Positions 61,420 to 64,000 of a DNA stretch of 64,000 bases are shown in pieces. The DNA comes from Leucoraja ocellata (taxonomy: Eukaryota), in assembly GCA_036785375.1 (NCBI GenBank), contig JAWMAR010000563.1, forward strand, positions 930,001 through 994,000, read 5' to 3'. The position numbers and the translations under genes were made by a program. The notes beneath the pieces were generated by a model that searched no databases, was not told the DNA's origin, and worked only from the letters and a program-made list of their open reading frames with translations. The first letter of the stretch is position 1; each line of letters opens with the position of its first letter.

Positions 61420-64000
61420 CCATCGAGAGTCTTCGGCGAGGAGGCTGAGGAGAGGAGACCACGCAATAAGCTTGAGAGGTAGAGACCAAAGAAGGAGATG
61501 TCAGGCAAGCTGATTCAGTGTGATGCTTGCAGTATGTGGGAGGTCAAGGACACCGCTGGTGCCTCTGGCTGCTACAAATGCGAAAAATGCATCCAGGTAG
61601 AGCTCCTGAAGGGCCGTGTTGGGGAACTGGAGAAGCAAGCGGATGACCTCCGGTTCGTACGAGAAACGGAGTCGTTCCTCGACAAGTCCTACAGTACGAT
61701 TGTTACACCTAAGGTACTGGAAGAGAGAAGGTGGGAGACAGTGAGAAAGGGAGGGAAGCATGGAATGCCAACGTCCCCGGGTGGTGTACCTCTTGTAAAC
61801 AGATTCATCCGCTTAGAAGCTGTTGGGACAGAAGACATGAGCAGCGGACTGGCCTGTGATGCGAATAGGGCTGTTGAGCCAAAACCAAAAAGGCCTAAGG
61901 CAGGCAAGGCCATTGTAGTGGGAGACTCCATCGTGAGAGGTACGGACAGGGGTTTCTGCGGCAACAGACGGGATGCGAGGATGGTGTGCTGCTGTCCCGG
62001 TGCCAGGATCCCGGATGTCACGGACAGAGTGCAGAAAATCCTCAAGGGCGAAGGTGAACATCCGGAAGTGGTAGTGCATGTCGGCACAAACGATGTCGGA
62101 AAGAAGGGGATGAATATTCTGCAGCGTGACTTTAGAGAGCTCGGAAAAATGTTGAAAAGCAGGACCTCCAGGGCTGATCTCCAGTTTGCTTCCAGTTCCC
62201 CGTGCTGGCGAGAGCAGGAACAGGGAGATACGGGACCTGAACGTGTGGCTGAGGAACTGGTGCACGGGGCAGGGATTTAGATTCTTAGATCACTGGGATC
62301 TGTTTTGGGGTAAGGGGGAACTGTACAAAAGGGACGGATTGCATCTTAACAGGTGTGGGACCAGCATTCTGGCAGGCAGGTTTGCCACTGCTACACGGGT
62401 GGCTTTAAACTGAATAAGGGGGGTGGGGTGTTGAATGGGACAGTGGGGGATGGAGTTAAAGGGAAAGGGTTTCTTAAATGTGTGAGCGTAGAGACCGAAG
62501 GGTGTAAAATGAGGGTAGAAGAAATAGGTAGCAAGGTGAAAAGTGAAAGTGGCAGGGCAAAAATCAAAAAGGGCCACTTTTCAACATAATTGTATAAGGG
62601 GTAAGAGTGTTGTAAAAACAAGCCTGAAGGCTTTGTGTCTCAATGCAAGGAGCATTCGTAATAAGGTGGATGAGTTGAATGTGCAGACATCCAGGGATAT
62701 TCAATATTCAGGAGGGATAGACAGAAAGGAAAAGGAGGTGGGGTAGCGTTACTGATTAGAGAGGGGATTAATGCAATGGAAAGGAAGGACATTAGTTTGG
62801 AGGATGTGGAATCGGTATGGGTAGAGCTGCAAAACACTAAGGGGCAGAAAACGCTGGTGGGTGTTGTGTACAGGGCACCTAACAGTAGTAGTGAAGTTGG
62901 AGATGGTATCAAACAGGAAATTAGAAATGCGTGCGACAAAGGCAAAACGGTTATAATGGGTGACTTCAATCTACATATAGATTGGGTGAATCAAATTGGC
63001 AGGGGTGCTGAGGAAGAGGATTTCTTGGAATGTATGCGGGATAGTTATCTAAATCAATATGTAGAGGAACCAACGTGAGAGCAGGCTATTTTAGACTGGG
63101 TATTGAGTAATGAGGAAGGGTTAGTTAGCAATCTTGATGTACGTGCCCCCTTGGGCAAGAGTGACCATAATATGGTTGAGTTCTTCATTAGGATGGAGAG
63201 TGACATTGTTAATTCAGAAACAATGGTTCTGAACTTAAAGAAAGGTAACTTTGAGGGTATGAGACGTGAATTGGCCAAGATTGACTGGCAATTAATTCTA
63301 AAAGGGTTGACGGTGGATATGCAATGGAAGACATTTAAAGACTGCATGGATGAACTACAAAAATTGTTCATCCCAGTTTGGCAAAAGAATAAATCCGGGA
63401 AGGTAGTACATCCATGGATAACAAGGGAAATCAGGGATAGTATCAAAGCGAAGGATGATGCGTACAAATTAGCCAGAAAAAGCAGCATACCGGAGGACTG
63501 GGAGAAATTCAAAGACCAGCAGAGGAGGACAAAGGGCTTAATTAGGAAAGGAAAAATAGATTATGAAAGAAAACTGGCAGGGAACATAAAAACTGACTGC
63601 AAACGTTTTTATAGATATGTGAAAAGAAAGAGATTAGTTAAAACAAAAGTAGGTCCCTTGCAGTCAGAAACAGGTGAGTTGATCATGGGGAACAAGGATA
63701 TGGCGGACCAATTGAATAACTACTTTGGTTCCGTCTTCACTAAGGAAGACATAAATAATTTGCCGGAAATAGCAGGGGACCACGGGTCAAAGGAGTTGGA
63801 GGAATTGAGTGAAATCCAGGTTAGCCGGGAAGTGGTGTTGGGTAAATTGAATGGATTAAAGGCCGATAAATCCCCAGGGCCAGATAGGCTGCATCCCAGA
63901 GTACTTAAGGAAGTAGCTCCAGAAATAGTGGATGCATTAGTAATAATCTTTCAAAACTCTTTAGATTCTGGAGTAGTTCCTGAAGATTGGCGGGTAGCAA
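61420..64000 (+). mobile_element. Young CR1 LINE 5' part (same family as 21566-25794), running off the window
   Basis: ORF1 61498 MSGKLIQCDAC... nearly identical to the 24818..25729 ORF; APE domain with deletions and a stop at 63076. Confidence 0.97.

Overview
Vertebrate genomic DNA, inferred to be from a cartilaginous fish (shark/skate-type MHC class I exons, a GPR139-like receptor, CR1/Penelope/V-SINE repeats), with three N gaps. Most of the window is transposon-derived. Host genes: (i) two internal exons of an unidentified minus-strand coiled-coil gene at the left edge; (ii) a shattered MHC class I heavy-chain locus on the + strand, with an ISRE plus two tandem X1-X2-Y promoter modules (~10.18-10.37 kb), a frameshifted leader exon (16250-16317), an intact alpha1 exon (35512-35772) and an alpha2 exon cut off by a CR1 LINE (36314-36411); (iii) an apparently intact two-exon GPR139-like GPCR on the - strand (53685-53616 + 49716-48812). 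The best hidden structure is a 5.77-kb THAP-domain DNA transposon with 35-bp TIRs and an 8-bp TSD (10459-16227) inserted in the MHC 5' UTR, together with four 30-36-bp palindromic scars made of paired TIR ends between 8-bp direct repeats. These look like P-element-type excision footprints, i.e. fossil evidence of P-superfamily cut-and-paste activity in a jawed vertebrate. Also present: a DIRS element nested in an old CR1 and carrying a young full-length CR1, Helitrons (a decayed autonomous copy and a non-autonomous tandem pair), a 7-bp-TSD MITE, L1, Rex/Babar, Nimb-like, Penelope and LTR remnants, and minisatellites. All family assignments are from motif recognition, not database searches.
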